64,000 nucleotides of DNA from an uncultured Gemmatimonadales bacterium (GTDB lineage: Bacteria; Gemmatimonadota; Gemmatimonadetes; Gemmatimonadales; GWC2-71-9), in the NCBI GenBank assembly GCA_963828735.1, contig CAWHFW010000002.1:672001-736000 (forward strand). The letters run 5' to 3'. Position numbers and translations under genes: made by a program. Shown one piece after another: positions 53,682 to 64,000 of the stretch. The notes beneath the pieces are model-generated. The model had not been told where the DNA came from. It saw only the letters and a list, made by a program, of their open reading frames with translations, and searched no databases. The first letter of the stretch is position 1, and each line of letters starts with the position of its first letter.

Positions 53682-55255
53682 CAGGGCTTGAACACCACCC
53701 AGGTGAGCTTGCCGGCCTCCACGGTCACGTGGCGGTACACCTTCTTCCCGCCGATCTCCGTTCCGATCACGTACTCGCCCATCGGCACGTCGCTCACGGC
53801 GAAGTGCTCGTCGTAGAGCGGGTGGCCGTGCGCCTTGTCGCCGTAGGTCTCCGCGTACGAGAAAGGAGTCTCGACGGGGTCCCGCTTCACCAGGCCGTAA
53901 ATGCGCGCCTGTGGGACCGGCGCCCCGCTGGCGTCGAACACCTGGCCCGCCACGATGCCCGTATTCGGCAGCGGCTCGAGCCAGAGCTCCGGGTTGACGG
54001 TGTACGGCGGGAACCGCTGCAGGGAGTCCACGATCGCCCCGATCGAGTCGGTCGGCGAAGCGGCGAGCTCGAAGTGCAGGTGATCGTTCGTGGCCCGGCC
54101 GGTGTTGCCGACTCGGGCGATCACCTGCCCCGTCTTGACGGTCTGCCCCACCTTCACGGCGAGCGACGTGTTGTGGTAGTAGATGGAGTAGAGCCGGAAC
54201 GTCTTGCCGTGGGCCTTCACCGTCGTGTCGTGCCGGATCGCGACCGTGTTGGCCCCCTCCTCCGCCCGACCGGCGTACACGACCCGGCCCCGCAGCGCCG
54301 CCATCACCGGCGTCCCATCGGGGTTGTTGAATTCGACGCCCTGGTGCTGCTGGAAGAACCCGCCCATGGTGGAGCCGTACCGGTACGTCTGGTCGATGTA
54401 GGCGTTGTCGGTCCGCGCGATCGGCCGCTTGAGCCAGACGGTGAGCGGGTCCTTAGGTGCACCCGCGTCCGGCGCGGTCCGCTGGAAGCACGGCAGCGTA
54501 TCGGTGGCCGGTCGCAGTCCGCATTGCGTGCCGCGGTACTGCACCCGTCCGATCAGCACGGCGTTCGCCGGGGGAAACGCCGCCGCGGCGAGCGGCTGCG
54601 CCTTCCAGCCGGCCTCGGTGTGCACCAGCCGCTGGTTCCCGCGGAGGGTGGTCACGTTCCAGCCACGGCGGTCGGGCGCCAACCGTCGCACGTACTCGTT
54701 GGTGAGCAGCGGCAGGGCCGTGTCCGCCGGACCGCGCGCGGGCGGACCGACCGCGTCGCCGATCGCCGTCCAGTGCGCGCCATCGTCCGTGGTGATCTGG
54801 AGGCCATCCGCCGTCGCCACCACGGTCGTGTCCCCGCGGATGGCGATCCCCGCCGGGATCACGTACTGCCATTCCGGCCCGAGCTGGTCGTAGGTCCAGT
54901 TCCGCCAGGTCCGGCCACCGTCGAGCGACAGCCCCCACCCGTTGCCCACGGTCCCGTACCACGCCTCCCCCTTCGGGCCGAACGCGATGGCCTGCACGAA
55001 GTCCATCGAGATCGAGGTCGCCGTCGTGTCGTGGCGAATGGACTCCCAGGCGGTGGCGCCGGGAGGGAGACGGTAGATGCCCTCGCCGTAGGTTCCGACC
55101 CAGAGCGTGCCGCCGGGATCACGCACGACGGTGAGGACGTGAACGCCCCAGCCGGCGCTGTCGGGCAAGGCCGGGAGTGCGCCCTGCGCCCCGAGCGTGG
55201 GCGCGGCGAGGATGAGGGCAGCGATGACGGCGAGGACGAGCCGGCGCAGGCGCAT
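53681..55255 (-). CDS. M23 peptidase with N-terminal beta-propeller
   Basis: H.GV(E)F, Y.H, GNTG.AT..HLHFE; S.DGG.TW repeats. Confidence 0.88.
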   Translation of the reverse strand: MRLRRLVLAVIAALILAAPTLGAQGALPALPDSAGWGVHVLTVVRDPGGTLWVGTYGEGIYRLPPGATAWESIRHDTTATSISMDFVQAIAFGPKGEAWYGTVGNGWGLSLDGGRTWRNWTYDQLGPEWQYVIPAGIAIRGDTTVVATADGLQITTDDGAHWTAIGDAVGPPARGPADTALPLLTNEYVRRLAPDRRGWNVTTLRGNQRLVHTEAGWKAQPLAAAAFPPANAVLIGRVQYRGTQCGLRPATDTLPCFQRTAPDAGAPKDPLTVWLKRPIARTDNAYIDQTYRYGSTMGGFFQQHQGVEFNNPDGTPVMAALRGRVVYAGRAEEGANTVAIRHDTTVKAHGKTFRLYSIYYHNTSLAVKVGQTVKTGQVIARVGNTGRATNDHLHFELAASPTDSIGAIVDSLQRFPPYTVNPELWLEPLPNTGIVAGQVFDASGAPVPQARIYGLVKRDPVETPFSYAETYGDKAHGHPLYDEHFAVSDVPMGEYVIGTEIGGKKVYRHVTVEAGKLTWVVFKP

Positions 55256-55279
55256 GGTCGGTCGAGTCGGGTGGCGGGG

Positions 55280-55969
55280 TCAGATCGGGCCGAGCCGCAG
55301 CCAGTCGATCAGCACGTGCGGCGGGCGGGTGGCAACGAACAGCACGGCATCGGCGACATCGCCGGGCCGAAGCATCCTGGCCCGGCTCGGAAACCCCTCG
55401 CGGTGGTCGGGGTCGAATGGCTCCCAGGCGTCGGTGTCGGTCGGCCCGGGAGAGACGAGCGTCAACCGCACGCCGCTGCCGCGATACTCGGCGGCGAGCG
55501 TCTCGTGCAGTCCGCGGAGCCCGTACTTGCTCGCCGCGTAGGCGGCATTCTCCGGAAACCCCACGTGGTCCGCCACGCTGCCGACGCTGATGAAGGACCC
55601 GCGTCCGGCGTCGCGCTGCAGCGGCAGGATCGCCCGCGCGAGCGTGAAGGCCGCGCGCAGGTTGATGGCGAGGAGCGCGTCGAACTCCTCGACCGTCGTC
55701 GCCTCGAGCGGCCGGAGCAGGAACCCGCCGGCATTGCTGACCACCACGTCGGGAACCCCGGCCGCGCGCTGCAGCCGCCCGGCGAGCTCGCCAACCTGTC
55801 CCGCGTCAGCCAGATCGGCCGGCAGATCGATGTACCCCTCTGCCGGCGCCAGCGACCGCGCCACGCGCACCACCCGCGCGCCGGCGTCCCTGAGGACCTC
55901 GGCGGTGGCCGCGCCGATGCCGCGGGACGCCCCGGTCACCAGCGCGACGCGGCCGTCGAGCGGCCTCAC
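55280..55969 (-). CDS. SDR family oxidoreductase
   Basis: [21 protein letters not shown]. Confidence 0.92.
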   Translation of the reverse strand: MRPLDGRVALVTGASRGIGAATAEVLRDAGARVVRVARSLAPAEGYIDLPADLADAGQVGELAGRLQRAAGVPDVVVSNAGGFLLRPLEATTVEEFDALLAINLRAAFTLARAILPLQRDAGRGSFISVGSVADHVGFPENAAYAASKYGLRGLHETLAAEYRGSGVRLTLVSPGPTDTDAWEPFDPDHREGFPSRARMLRPGDVADAVLFVATRPPHVLIDWLRLGPI

Positions 55970-56625
55970 TCGGCCAGCTTGCCCCCGTGCGCCAGCCGGA
56001 GGAACTCGACGCGCGTCTTCGAGTCGTCGCGGAAGATGCCGCGGAGGGCGCTCGTCACCGTGCGCGAGTTCTGCTTCTCGACCCCCCGCATCATCATGCA
56101 GAAGTGGGCCGCCTCGATCACGACGCCTACCCCGGTCGGCCGAAGCACGTCCATGATCGCGTCCGCGATCTGGTCCGTGAGCCGCTCCTGGACCTGGAGG
56201 CGCCGCGCGAAGACGTCCACGATGCGCGCGACCTTCGAGAGACCGAGGATCTTGCCGTTGGGGATGTAGGCCACGTGCGCACGGCCGAAGAACGGCAGCA
56301 GGTGGTGCTCGCACAGCGAGTAGAGCTCGATGTCGCGCACCATGATCATGCTCTGGTGCCGCTCTTCGAACACCGCGTCCCCGATCACATCGGCGACCGA
56401 CTGGCGGTAGCCCTGGGTGAGGAACCGGAGAGATGACTCGACGCGCTCCGGCGTCTTGACCAGCCCTTCCCGCCCCGGATCCTCGCCGATCGCGCCCAGG
56501 ATCTCGCGGACCTTGTCGGCGAACGGCTCGAGGTGGGCGTCCCTCCGCTCCACATGGGCCACTCCCTCGCGCGCGGGCCGCATGGGGGCGGGGGCCCCAT
56601 CGTCAGTCGCCTTCGTAGTCGACAT
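55966..56625 (-). CDS. folE: GTP cyclohydrolase I
   Basis: [32 protein letters not shown]. Confidence 0.96.
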   Translation of the reverse strand: MSTTKATDDGAPAPMRPAREGVAHVERRDAHLEPFADKVREILGAIGEDPGREGLVKTPERVESSLRFLTQGYRQSVADVIGDAVFEERHQSMIMVRDIELYSLCEHHLLPFFGRAHVAYIPNGKILGLSKVARIVDVFARRLQVQERLTDQIADAIMDVLRPTGVGVVIEAAHFCMMMRGVEKQNSRTVTSALRGIFRDDSKTRVEFLRLAHGGKLAE

Positions 56626-57016
56626 AGTTCCTCGGTGTTTCCCACAGGCGCAGGTGCAGGGACAGGTTGGCCGGAAGCGCCGCACGGAGCTCCCGCCAAC
56701 AGACCACGGCGATGTTCTCGGACGTGGGGACGAGATCCCGGAACCACGGCACGTCCAGGTTCAGGTTCTTGTGGTCCAGGTGCCGCAGCAGGCGCTCCTG
56801 GGCGAGGTCTTTGAGGTGGTTCAGGTCCATCACGTAGCCGGTCTGTGGATTGATCTCCCCTGCTACCGACAGATCCAGCTCGTAGTTGTGCCCGTGGTAG
56901 TTGGGGTGATTGCACACCCCATAGGTCGCCTGGTTCCATGCCTCGGTGGCGTCCGGATTGTGGAGGCGGTGTGCGGCGTTGAAGTGTACCCGCCGCGTCA
57001 CTCGGCATCGGGGCAT
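56603..57016 (-). CDS. queD: 6-pyruvoyl/6-carboxy-tetrahydropterin synthase
   Basis: F.AAHRL, C..P..HGHNY, LDHKNLN, TSEN, ETP.N. Confidence 0.9.
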   Translation of the reverse strand: MPRCRVTRRVHFNAAHRLHNPDATEAWNQATYGVCNHPNYHGHNYELDLSVAGEINPQTGYVMDLNHLKDLAQERLLRHLDHKNLNLDVPWFRDLVPTSENIAVVCWRELRAALPANLSLHLRLWETPRNYVDYEGD

Positions 57017-57335
57017 GGCCGGTCCCAGGACAAGGGTTGTTGAGGAAGTAGGCGGGAGCCTGAAGGAAGGTCAAGCCGGGTAAAGACACGTGCGCCGACC
57101 GGAGATCCGATCGGCGCACGGCGGTACGGCAACGAGGAGGATTATTGAAGCCCAATGAGAACTTGCGGCGCCCTCACCTTGGCTCCTGCCTTCCCCCGGG
57201 GGGCATGACATCGGCCACGGCATTCGGGCCCATCACTGGACCTGTTGGCTCAATAATGTGGCTCCCCGCTACCGCGTGCACTAAGATAGGAGTGCCCGTC
57301 AGTGGAATCAACCGACGAGAAAACGGACTCTCGAT

Positions 57336-57497
57336 ATGGCATCGACGTTGCTGACATCCACGCTCGTCGTGGCGATTACGGCCCTGGTCGCGTGGGCGTT
57401 TCTCATTTTTGGCCGGTTGACGACCTCGGGTGTGACACATCTGTTGCTTGCCGTAGGTAGCGTACTCCTCGTCCGGTGGTGGGCTCTGCGCGCCTGA
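57336..57497 (+). CDS. 53-aa two-TM membrane protein (below ORF-track cutoff)
   Basis: MASTLLTSTLVVAITALVAWAFLIFG...HLLLAVG..LLVRWW. Confidence 0.55.
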   Translation: MASTLLTSTLVVAITALVAWAFLIFGRLTTSGVTHLLLAVGSVLLVRWWALRA

Positions 57498-57646
57498 CCC
57501 TGTAGCGGTCTGCGAGTGCCATGTGGGTGGCCTACCACACGAACCCGCAGAGCTCCTGGAAAACGACAGTTGAACTTCATAGTTAATCCGTTGCTACGCA
57601 ACGGTTTACATAGGTGCAAGCTCGTGCTCTCCAGCCTACCCCTCCC

Positions 57647-57662
57647 GGGCATAGATCGTGCT
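57647..57662 (+). promoter_or_regulatory. Possible sigma54 (-24/-12) promoter of the sugar transferase
   Basis: GGCATAGATCGTGCT = GG-N10-GC. Confidence 0.45.
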
Positions 57663-57775
57663 AAAACGGGCGCGTGGCCGACGTGCGCCGCCGAGCCTCC
57701 CCGCAAGGTCGCTCGTCACGAGTGGAATCGGTGGCCCCTTTCTCACGAACTCGAGAGACACGGACGATTCACGCG

Positions 57776-58543
57776 ATGCGTTCGAACGAAGCGCTGACCG
57801 CGCGCGCCGAAAGCTCTGCGATTCGCCCCGGCCAGGATGACCCCTGGTCCGGCGCGGGAGCGCGCTCGCCCGACGTCGCCTCATCGGACGCCGCGAGCGA
57901 ACGTCGTCAGCTCGCCACGCGCGCGCTGAACGTCGTGCTCGCCGTGCTGGCGCTGCTGGCCCTGCTGCCGGTGTTCCTCATGCTGGCCGTGATCATCAAG
58001 CTCACCTCCCGCGGCCCCGTGTTCTACCTCCAGGAGCGCGTCGGGCTCGATCGCCGCACCCCTGGCCCGGACGACCACAATCACCGCCGCTCCCAGGACC
58101 TCGGGGGCCGGCCGTTCACGATCTACAAGTTCCGCACGATGCACGTCGACGCCGAGCGCCACAGCGGCGCCGTCTGGGCCGCCGAGGCCGATCCCCGGGT
58201 CACCCTGGCGGGCCGGGTGCTGCGCCAGTACCGGCTCGACGAGCTGCCCCAGCTGCTCAACGTGCTCCGGGGCGAGATGAACATCGTGGGCCCCCGCCCC
58301 GAGCGGCCCACCATCTTCGCCGAGCTGCGCAGCCACATCGCCGAGTACCCGCTGCGCCAGCGGGCCAAGCCGGGCATCACGGGGCTGGCCCAGATCAACC
58401 ACCACTACGACCGCTCGCTGGACGACGTGCGGACCAAGGTGACCTACGACCTGGAGTACATCCGCCGCCAGAGCCTGCGCGAAGACCTGCGCATCATGCT
58501 CAAGACCATCCCCGTCATCCTCCTCCGCCGCGGCGGCTGGTAG
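57776..58543 (+). CDS. Priming sugar transferase (Bac_transf)
   Basis: KFRTM, DPRVT, LDELPQL.NVL.GEM..VGPRPE, KPGITGLAQ. Confidence 0.93.
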   Translation: MRSNEALTARAESSAIRPGQDDPWSGAGARSPDVASSDAASERRQLATRALNVVLAVLALLALLPVFLMLAVIIKLTSRGPVFYLQERVGLDRRTPGPDDHNHRRSQDLGGRPFTIYKFRTMHVDAERHSGAVWAAEADPRVTLAGRVLRQYRLDELPQLLNVLRGEMNIVGPRPERPTIFAELRSHIAEYPLRQRAKPGITGLAQINHHYDRSLDDVRTKVTYDLEYIRRQSLREDLRIMLKTIPVILLRRGGW

Positions 58544-58711
58544 GACCCATCCGGCCACACATCCACCGGCCTACAGGGTCGGTCCCATCCGCCCGCAGGC
58601 GCCGCCATCGCATGTCTGCTAGACTTGTCACGTCGGCGACGGGCCGCCGGGCGCCCGCGCGCCCGACCCTGGACCTCGAGCGACCTCGCCATCACGCGAT
58701 CAGAGGGCGTC

Positions 58712-60262
58712 ATGCACGTTGAGCAGCCTCGGCCGGTAGTCGAACCTTCCTCGAGCCCCGAGCCCGTCGCATCTCCGCCGGCTCAGGAAGGCCGGCCAGG
58801 GTGGCGGCCCGCCATCATCGTCGCGGGGCTTACGCTGCTGGCCGCGATCCTCCGTTTCTACCGGCTCGGCGCGTGGGGCATGGACAGCGACGAGGTGTTC
58901 ATGCAGCGGGATTCCATCGACCTGCGGTTCACCAATCCGCGTCCGCTGATGTACGCCCTCAATCACTACCTCATCCAACCCCTGCATCCCCTGAACGAGC
59001 TGGGGGTCAGGATCCTGCCGGCGATCGCCGGCGTCCTCGCCGTGCCGGCGTTCTTTCTGGTTGCTCGACGGCTGGTTGGCGCGCGCGCCGCGCTGTTCGG
59101 CGCGTTTCTGGTCGCCACCAGCGCGCTCCTGGTGTACTACTCGCAGTTTGGCCGCTACTGGACCCTCGTCTTCCTGTTCTCGTCCATCTACCCGTACGCC
59201 CTGTATCTGGCCCTCCGCGACGGCGATCGCCGCATGCTGGCGTGGGGAATCATCGCCGGACTGCTGGCCGTCGTTGCGCACCCCGTGTCCGTCATCCTGC
59301 TCGGCGGATTCGGCCTGTGGCTGGTCTTGGCCTATCTGAGCCGGGATCAGATGGCACGCCTCTGGAGAGACCCGGCCGCCCGCTGGGGACTCTTGATCTG
59401 CGGGATCGTGGCCGCCTTGATCGCGCTGCGGTTCGTTCCCGTCCTCCAGCACTGGATCGCGGTGCACGACAAGGTGCCGCTCAGCGAAAGAGGCGGCGAG
59501 TTTCTCCTGCACCGGCCCGGCGGACGGGCCGCAAAGCAGGCCGCGCTCCTCCTGGCTTACGTGGTCAACCTCACGCCGGCATTGGTGCTGGCCGGGATCC
59601 TGGGCGTGTGCATCCTGTGGCAGAGCCGGGACCGAACCCTGGCGAAGCTCCTCGTCTACCTCATCTGCTTCCATATCGGGTTCATCGCGCTCGTCTCGAT
59701 CCGGACCGCGGTGTCGACGTTCTATCTCGTGCCTGCCATCCCCGTGCTGTTCATCGGCGCCGGAGTCTTTCTGGATCGCCTGATCGGGACCGGGTCGGGG
59801 ATTCGGCCCCCGTGGCTCCTGTCGGCGGTCGTGACCACCATGATCCTGGCCGCCGGCCTGCCCACGCTTATTTCCCAGTATCGGGACGGGCAACGATGGG
59901 ACTTTCGCGGCGCCTCGGAATGGCTTCACAGCCGCCTCGCGGCCGGCGACGTCATCTATTCAGACCAGCCCCAGGTCGTCGCGCACTACCTGCCCGACCA
60001 GCAGGTCTACCGGCTCGTGGCGGACTCAGTCCGGCTCGCTCGCGCGGCACAGATCGTACAGGAACGTGGCGGGAAGGCGCTGTGGATCGTCTCGCCGGCC
60101 CCCTCGCATGCGTTCAGGACCAATCCCAGGCTCAACAGCCTGACTACCTGGATCTACGACAACTGCCAGCTCCGCAGCACCATCGGGGTCGGGCGGGTGG
60201 ACTTTCGCCAGAACTTCCTGCAGGTCTACCGGTGCCCCCCGGTCGTTGGCTCCCCTCGCTGA
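58712..60262 (+). CDS. GT-C fold membrane glycosyltransferase (PMT_2/GT39-like)
   Basis: LRF..LG....DE, multiple TMs, YSQ..R. Confidence 0.82.
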   Translation: MHVEQPRPVVEPSSSPEPVASPPAQEGRPGWRPAIIVAGLTLLAAILRFYRLGAWGMDSDEVFMQRDSIDLRFTNPRPLMYALNHYLIQPLHPLNELGVRILPAIAGVLAVPAFFLVARRLVGARAALFGAFLVATSALLVYYSQFGRYWTLVFLFSSIYPYALYLALRDGDRRMLAWGIIAGLLAVVAHPVSVILLGGFGLWLVLAYLSRDQMARLWRDPAARWGLLICGIVAALIALRFVPVLQHWIAVHDKVPLSERGGEFLLHRPGGRAAKQAALLLAYVVNLTPALVLAGILGVCILWQSRDRTLAKLLVYLICFHIGFIALVSIRTAVSTFYLVPAIPVLFIGAGVFLDRLIGTGSGIRPPWLLSAVVTTMILAAGLPTLISQYRDGQRWDFRGASEWLHSRLAAGDVIYSDQPQVVAHYLPDQQVYRLVADSVRLARAAQIVQERGGKALWIVSPAPSHAFRTNPRLNSLTTWIYDNCQLRSTIGVGRVDFRQNFLQVYRCPPVVGSPR

Positions 60263-60379
60263 CTTGGACCGGCCGGATGGCATCGCATCGGGACCCTTCC
60301 GCCTCTTGCCCGTGGCGGTGAAGCGCGCCGCGCGCCTTGCGGCCGCACCCCGCGGCGGCGCCTGACCACGCCGGCACTC

Positions 60380-61519
60380 ATGGCCGCGAGCGGAGCCATC
60401 GCCTTCTTTCTGCCCTCGCTTGTCGGAGGGGGCGCGGAACGTGTGACCGTCAACCTGGCGGAAGCGATCACCCAGCGCGGCCTCCCGGTCGATCTCGTCC
60501 TCGTGGCGGCTGAGGGTGTGTTTCTGGACCAGTTGTCCCCGAGTGTTCGGGTCGTGGATCTGCATGCCCGCCGCACATTGCGCAGCATCGGACCCCTGGC
60601 CAGTTATCTCCGGCGTGAGCGACCCCGGGTATTGGTGTCATCCATGGGGCATGCGAACCTGGTCGCGCTCTGGGCAGGCAGGCTGGCACGTCAGGTGGCG
60701 CCCATCGTCGTCGTGGAGCACAACACGCTCTCCCAGGAGGCGGGACAGGAGCGTCGGCTTGCCGGCCGCATCTGGCCTCAGCTCCTGCGCACGTTCTATC
60801 CGTGGGCCGATCGGATTGTCGCCGTTTCCCGGGATGCTGCCGACGACCTGGCCCGCACCTCGGGGCTGGCTCGGGACAGCATAGAGGTGGTGTACAACCC
60901 GGTGATCACGCCGAGCCTGCTGGGCTCCGCCCGAGAAGTTCCCGACCACGCCTGGTTCGGCCCGGGCGAGCCGCCCGTCGTGCTCGGCGTCGGCCGCTTG
61001 ACCCGGCAAAAGGACTTCGGTACGCTGCTGCGCGCGTTCGCCCAGGTTCGACGCCAACGACCCGCCCGCCTGCTCATCCTGGGCGATGGCGAGGAGCGAG
61101 CCGCCCTGCAGGCGCTCGCCGGCCAGCTTGGTGTAGTCGAGGACGTATCCCTGCCAGGCTTCCACCAGAACGCGCTGGCGTACATGGCCGGTGCGGCCGT
61201 GTTCGCGCTCTCGTCGGCGTGGGAGGGACTTCCGACCGTGCTGATCGAGGCGCTGGCGATGGGTGCACGCGTGGTGTCTACGGACTGCCCGAGCGGGCCC
61301 AGGGAGATCCTTCAGGACGGCAGACTCGGGACGCTGGTGCCGGTCGGCGACCCCGTGGCACTGGCGACGGCGATTCTCCAGGCCCTGGACCGGCCGGCGA
61401 GCGGTGCTCCGATGGATGCGCTTGCCCCGTTCACTCGCGACGCCTCGGTTGACCACTACCTGCGGGTGATCGAGAGCGTCTCCCCCTCCAACGCTCCTGC
61501 GGGAATGCCCCTTCGATGA
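60380..61519 (+). CDS. Glycosyltransferase family 4
   Basis: GGAER, GRL..QK.F, EGLPTVLIEA. Confidence 0.92.
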   Translation: MAASGAIAFFLPSLVGGGAERVTVNLAEAITQRGLPVDLVLVAAEGVFLDQLSPSVRVVDLHARRTLRSIGPLASYLRRERPRVLVSSMGHANLVALWAGRLARQVAPIVVVEHNTLSQEAGQERRLAGRIWPQLLRTFYPWADRIVAVSRDAADDLARTSGLARDSIEVVYNPVITPSLLGSAREVPDHAWFGPGEPPVVLGVGRLTRQKDFGTLLRAFAQVRRQRPARLLILGDGEERAALQALAGQLGVVEDVSLPGFHQNALAYMAGAAVFALSSAWEGLPTVLIEALAMGARVVSTDCPSGPREILQDGRLGTLVPVGDPVALATAILQALDRPASGAPMDALAPFTRDASVDHYLRVIESVSPSNAPAGMPLR

Positions 61520-62336
61520 CGCCTAAAGTGAGTGTGGTCACGACCGTCTACAACGGGGAGCCCTACGTCGACCGCGCCATCCCCGGCATCCTCGGGCAGA
61601 CGTTCAAGGACTTCGAATGGGTCCTCGTGAATGACGGCTCGCAGGATCGCACAGGAGAGATTCTGGACGAGCTGGCGCGCCGTGACCCGCGGGTGCGGGT
61701 CTTCTCGCCCGGTCGCCTCGGCATCTCGGCGGCAGCCAACTACGGCGTCGGCCAGGCGAGGGGGAATACATCGCCCGCCAGGACTTCGACGACCGCAGCT
61801 ATCCGGACCGGCTGCGGCTGCAGGTGGAGGCCCTGGACGCGGATCCGAAGCTGGGGGTGGTGGGCGGGCAGTACGTGCTGGTGGACGAGAATCGGAATGA
61901 ACGGTATGTGAGGATCCCGCCTGCCGAGCACTCCGCGATCGTGGCATCGATGGCGAAAGGCATTCCCTTCGCGAATACGCTCGTCGCCTTCCGCCGGCAG
62001 GCCTGGACCGAGGTCGGCGGGTACCCCGACGTGGCCGATCTCGAAGACTTGCTGCTCTGGATCAAGATCGCGAACCGGGGATGGCGGTTTGGCTCCATCT
62101 CAGAGCCGCTGGGCGAGCACTTCGTCCACCCCGCCAGCTTCTTTCACCGTTCCTTCAAATATGCGCAACGGCAGCGGGGGCTCGCGAAGGTGCAGGCACA
62201 GGCCGTTCGCGAGCTCGGACTTCCGAGTTGGATGCACGTGTTCGCGCTCGGACGATACGCCTATGCATACTGTCCAACGATCCTGAAGCGCGCGATGCGC
62301 CGCGTGCTCGCCGGCTCACAGGAGCGGGACTTCTGA
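61516..62336 (+). pseudogene. Glycosyltransferase family 2 with one frameshift at the G-run 61760-61764
   Basis: VSVV..VYN and NDGS.D in one frame, YIARQDFDD onward in another; may be an assembly indel. Confidence 0.8.
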
Positions 62337-62425
62337 TCGTTCAGGGTCGAACCCGCAGACTCTGACTTGGGTCAGGCCCCGAGCGTGCCGGCCCTCTGAG
62401 GCGGGTGGTCAGGCGTGGCAGTCCG

Positions 62426-63592
62426 TCAGAGAGATGTGCGGCCCGCGACTTGGGCAAACGGCCTCGGGGACGGCAATGTGATCCCCTTGCGGGCCGAGGC
62501 CTCTCGATAGACCTCCTCCCATTGCTCGACCACCCGGGCCAGCCCGTACCGCGCTCCAACATGATCCCTTCCGCGGGCGCCCAGCCTCTCCCGCTCGCCG
62601 GCCGGTAGCTCCATCACACGCGTCATGGCCGACGCGAGCTTCTGGTGGTCCCGCGGGGCGACCAGAAAGCCCGTCTCGCCGTCCAGCACGGCCTCGGCGT
62701 TGCCGCCTACGTTCGTCGTGACGACAGGGAGGCCGCTCGCCGAAGCCTCGAGCAGCACCATGGGGAGCCCTTCCCACGCCGACGACATCACATAGCCATC
62801 CGCCGCGTTGAGCAGCGCGGGGACGTCGTCGCGAACGCCGAGAAAGCGAACCGCGGAGTCGAGATGGAGCTCGCGCGCCAGCGCCTCGGTCTCGTCCTGC
62901 AAGGCGCCCCGTCCCGCCAGCAGCAGCACGGTCTCCGGATGCCGCTGCCGCACGAGGGCGAAAGCGCGCAGCATGTTGGGGTAGTCCTTCGCGATCTCGA
63001 ACCGTCCCACCGCGAGCCACGCAAACGCCTGGCCGACGCCCAAGTCCTGCCGCACCCGGTCCCGGAACCCGGCGGGCTGCCGGTAGAGCGCGGAGTCCAC
63101 GCCGTTCGCAACGACCCGAAGAAGGTGTGGAGGAACGATTCCCTCGCGAACGAAGCGCTCGGCGGCGGCCTCGCTGATGATGGTCATGTGATCGACCAGA
63201 CCATTCGTCAGCCGGTACGCGCCCATCAGCAGCCAGCCGCCCTCGTAGATGTTGTGAATGGTGGAGACGAGGACCGGTACCGGCGCGACGAGCCGGACCG
63301 CACGCGCCATGAGGTTGGCGTGAACCATGTGGCTGTGCAGCACGTCCGGACGCCAGGCGCGGATCAGCCGGGCGAGCTGCAGCAGGCCTCGAGGGTCCGG
63401 AATGCCCCGCGGCATCTCGAGGGACGTCGTCGGGATCCCGAGGTCCCGCGCCCGCAGGCCCATTGGGCCGAGGGTCGTCAGCGAGACAATCTGCACCTCG
63501 TGACCGCGTGCCAGAAACTCCTGAGCCGCGGCGAGCAGCTGGCTGTCCGCGCCGCCCATTCCCATGCTCGAGGACAGAAACACGATCTTCAT
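62426..63592 (-). CDS. Glycosyltransferase family 4
   Basis: GGAD, VGR....KD, EGLP..LLEA. Confidence 0.92.
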   Translation of the reverse strand: MKIVFLSSSMGMGGADSQLLAAAQEFLARGHEVQIVSLTTLGPMGLRARDLGIPTTSLEMPRGIPDPRGLLQLARLIRAWRPDVLHSHMVHANLMARAVRLVAPVPVLVSTIHNIYEGGWLLMGAYRLTNGLVDHMTIISEAAAERFVREGIVPPHLLRVVANGVDSALYRQPAGFRDRVRQDLGVGQAFAWLAVGRFEIAKDYPNMLRAFALVRQRHPETVLLLAGRGALQDETEALARELHLDSAVRFLGVRDDVPALLNAADGYVMSSAWEGLPMVLLEASASGLPVVTTNVGGNAEAVLDGETGFLVAPRDHQKLASAMTRVMELPAGERERLGARGRDHVGARYGLARVVEQWEEVYREASARKGITLPSPRPFAQVAGRTSL

Positions 63593-63611
63593 CGCCGGCC
63601 GTCCCGGTGCG

Positions 63612-64000
63612 TCATCTCCTCGGGCCCATCCCGAGGCGTCCCCCGACGGGTCTCGGCGGGTGGGACCCGGCGACCACCGGCGGTTCCCACATGGCGGGAT
63701 CCGGGCTCCCGCGCTCGAGGGACAGCTTCTGGCGCACGAGCATGGGCGTGGAGAACCCGACCAGCCATGCGGTCACGAACCAGACCTGCTTCTGATCCTC
63801 CCACGAGAGCGGGAGCATGGCCATGGTCAGAGTCGCCATGAGAATGAGCGCGAATCGTCGCTCGGGATTTGGCAGTCGCAGAATGGAGAAAAAGACCGAC
63901 GCGATCATCGTGGTGTACAGCACAAGTCCCACGATCCCCTCTTCGACGAGCACGGACAGGTACGAGTTGTGGGCCACATTGGCGTCGGGTCCGACTTCGG
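63612..64000 (-). CDS. O-antigen ligase/polymerase family protein, C-terminal part
   Basis: AHNSYL.VL.E.GIVG motif; 5' end beyond window. Confidence 0.8.
   Translation of the reverse strand, partial: EVGPDANVAHNSYLSVLVEEGIVGLVLYTTMIASVFFSILRLPNPERRFALILMATLTMAMLPLSWEDQKQVWFVTAWLVGFSTPMLVRQKLSLERGSPDPAMWEPPVVAGSHPPRPVGGRLGMGPRR

Noticed and set aside
61755..61770. GT2 frameshift as phase variation or programmed recoding
   Set aside because: Only a 5-G run with one base missing; an assembly indel or recent mutation is simpler

Overview
High-GC bacterial chromosomal segment; the gene set and small-protein families suggest Gemmatimonadota (inference). It has three parts. (1) 1-3254: origin-type core block recF(3')-DUF721/DciA-gyrB plus a lipoprotein. 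(2) About 3350-42130: a ~39-kb accessory array of ~55 short, unrelated genes, mostly on the minus strand, punctuated by a ~130-144-bp imperfect inverted-repeat family (GCCTAAC...GTTAGGC) with attC architecture. No integron integrase is present in the window, so it is CALIN-like. attC copies are intact at the right end and progressively eroded leftwards. (3) 42267-64000: core genes (pdp, GAF-ligA-V4R, acyl-CoA ligase, M23 peptidase, queD-folE-SDR) and the start of a surface-polysaccharide glycosyltransferase locus. The two most unusual signals lie in the array. One is a MerB-like lyase with an in-frame UGA at a catalytic Cys position followed by a clean SECIS-like hairpin (candidate selenoprotein cassette). 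The other is a small SEC-C zinc-knuckle gene whose three +1 frame junctions each fall on a TTT(Phe) codon (TTT-TGA, TTT-CAA, TTT-TAG); two are needed to complete the motif. Some frameshifts elsewhere in the window may be sequencing indels, so read-level checks are needed.
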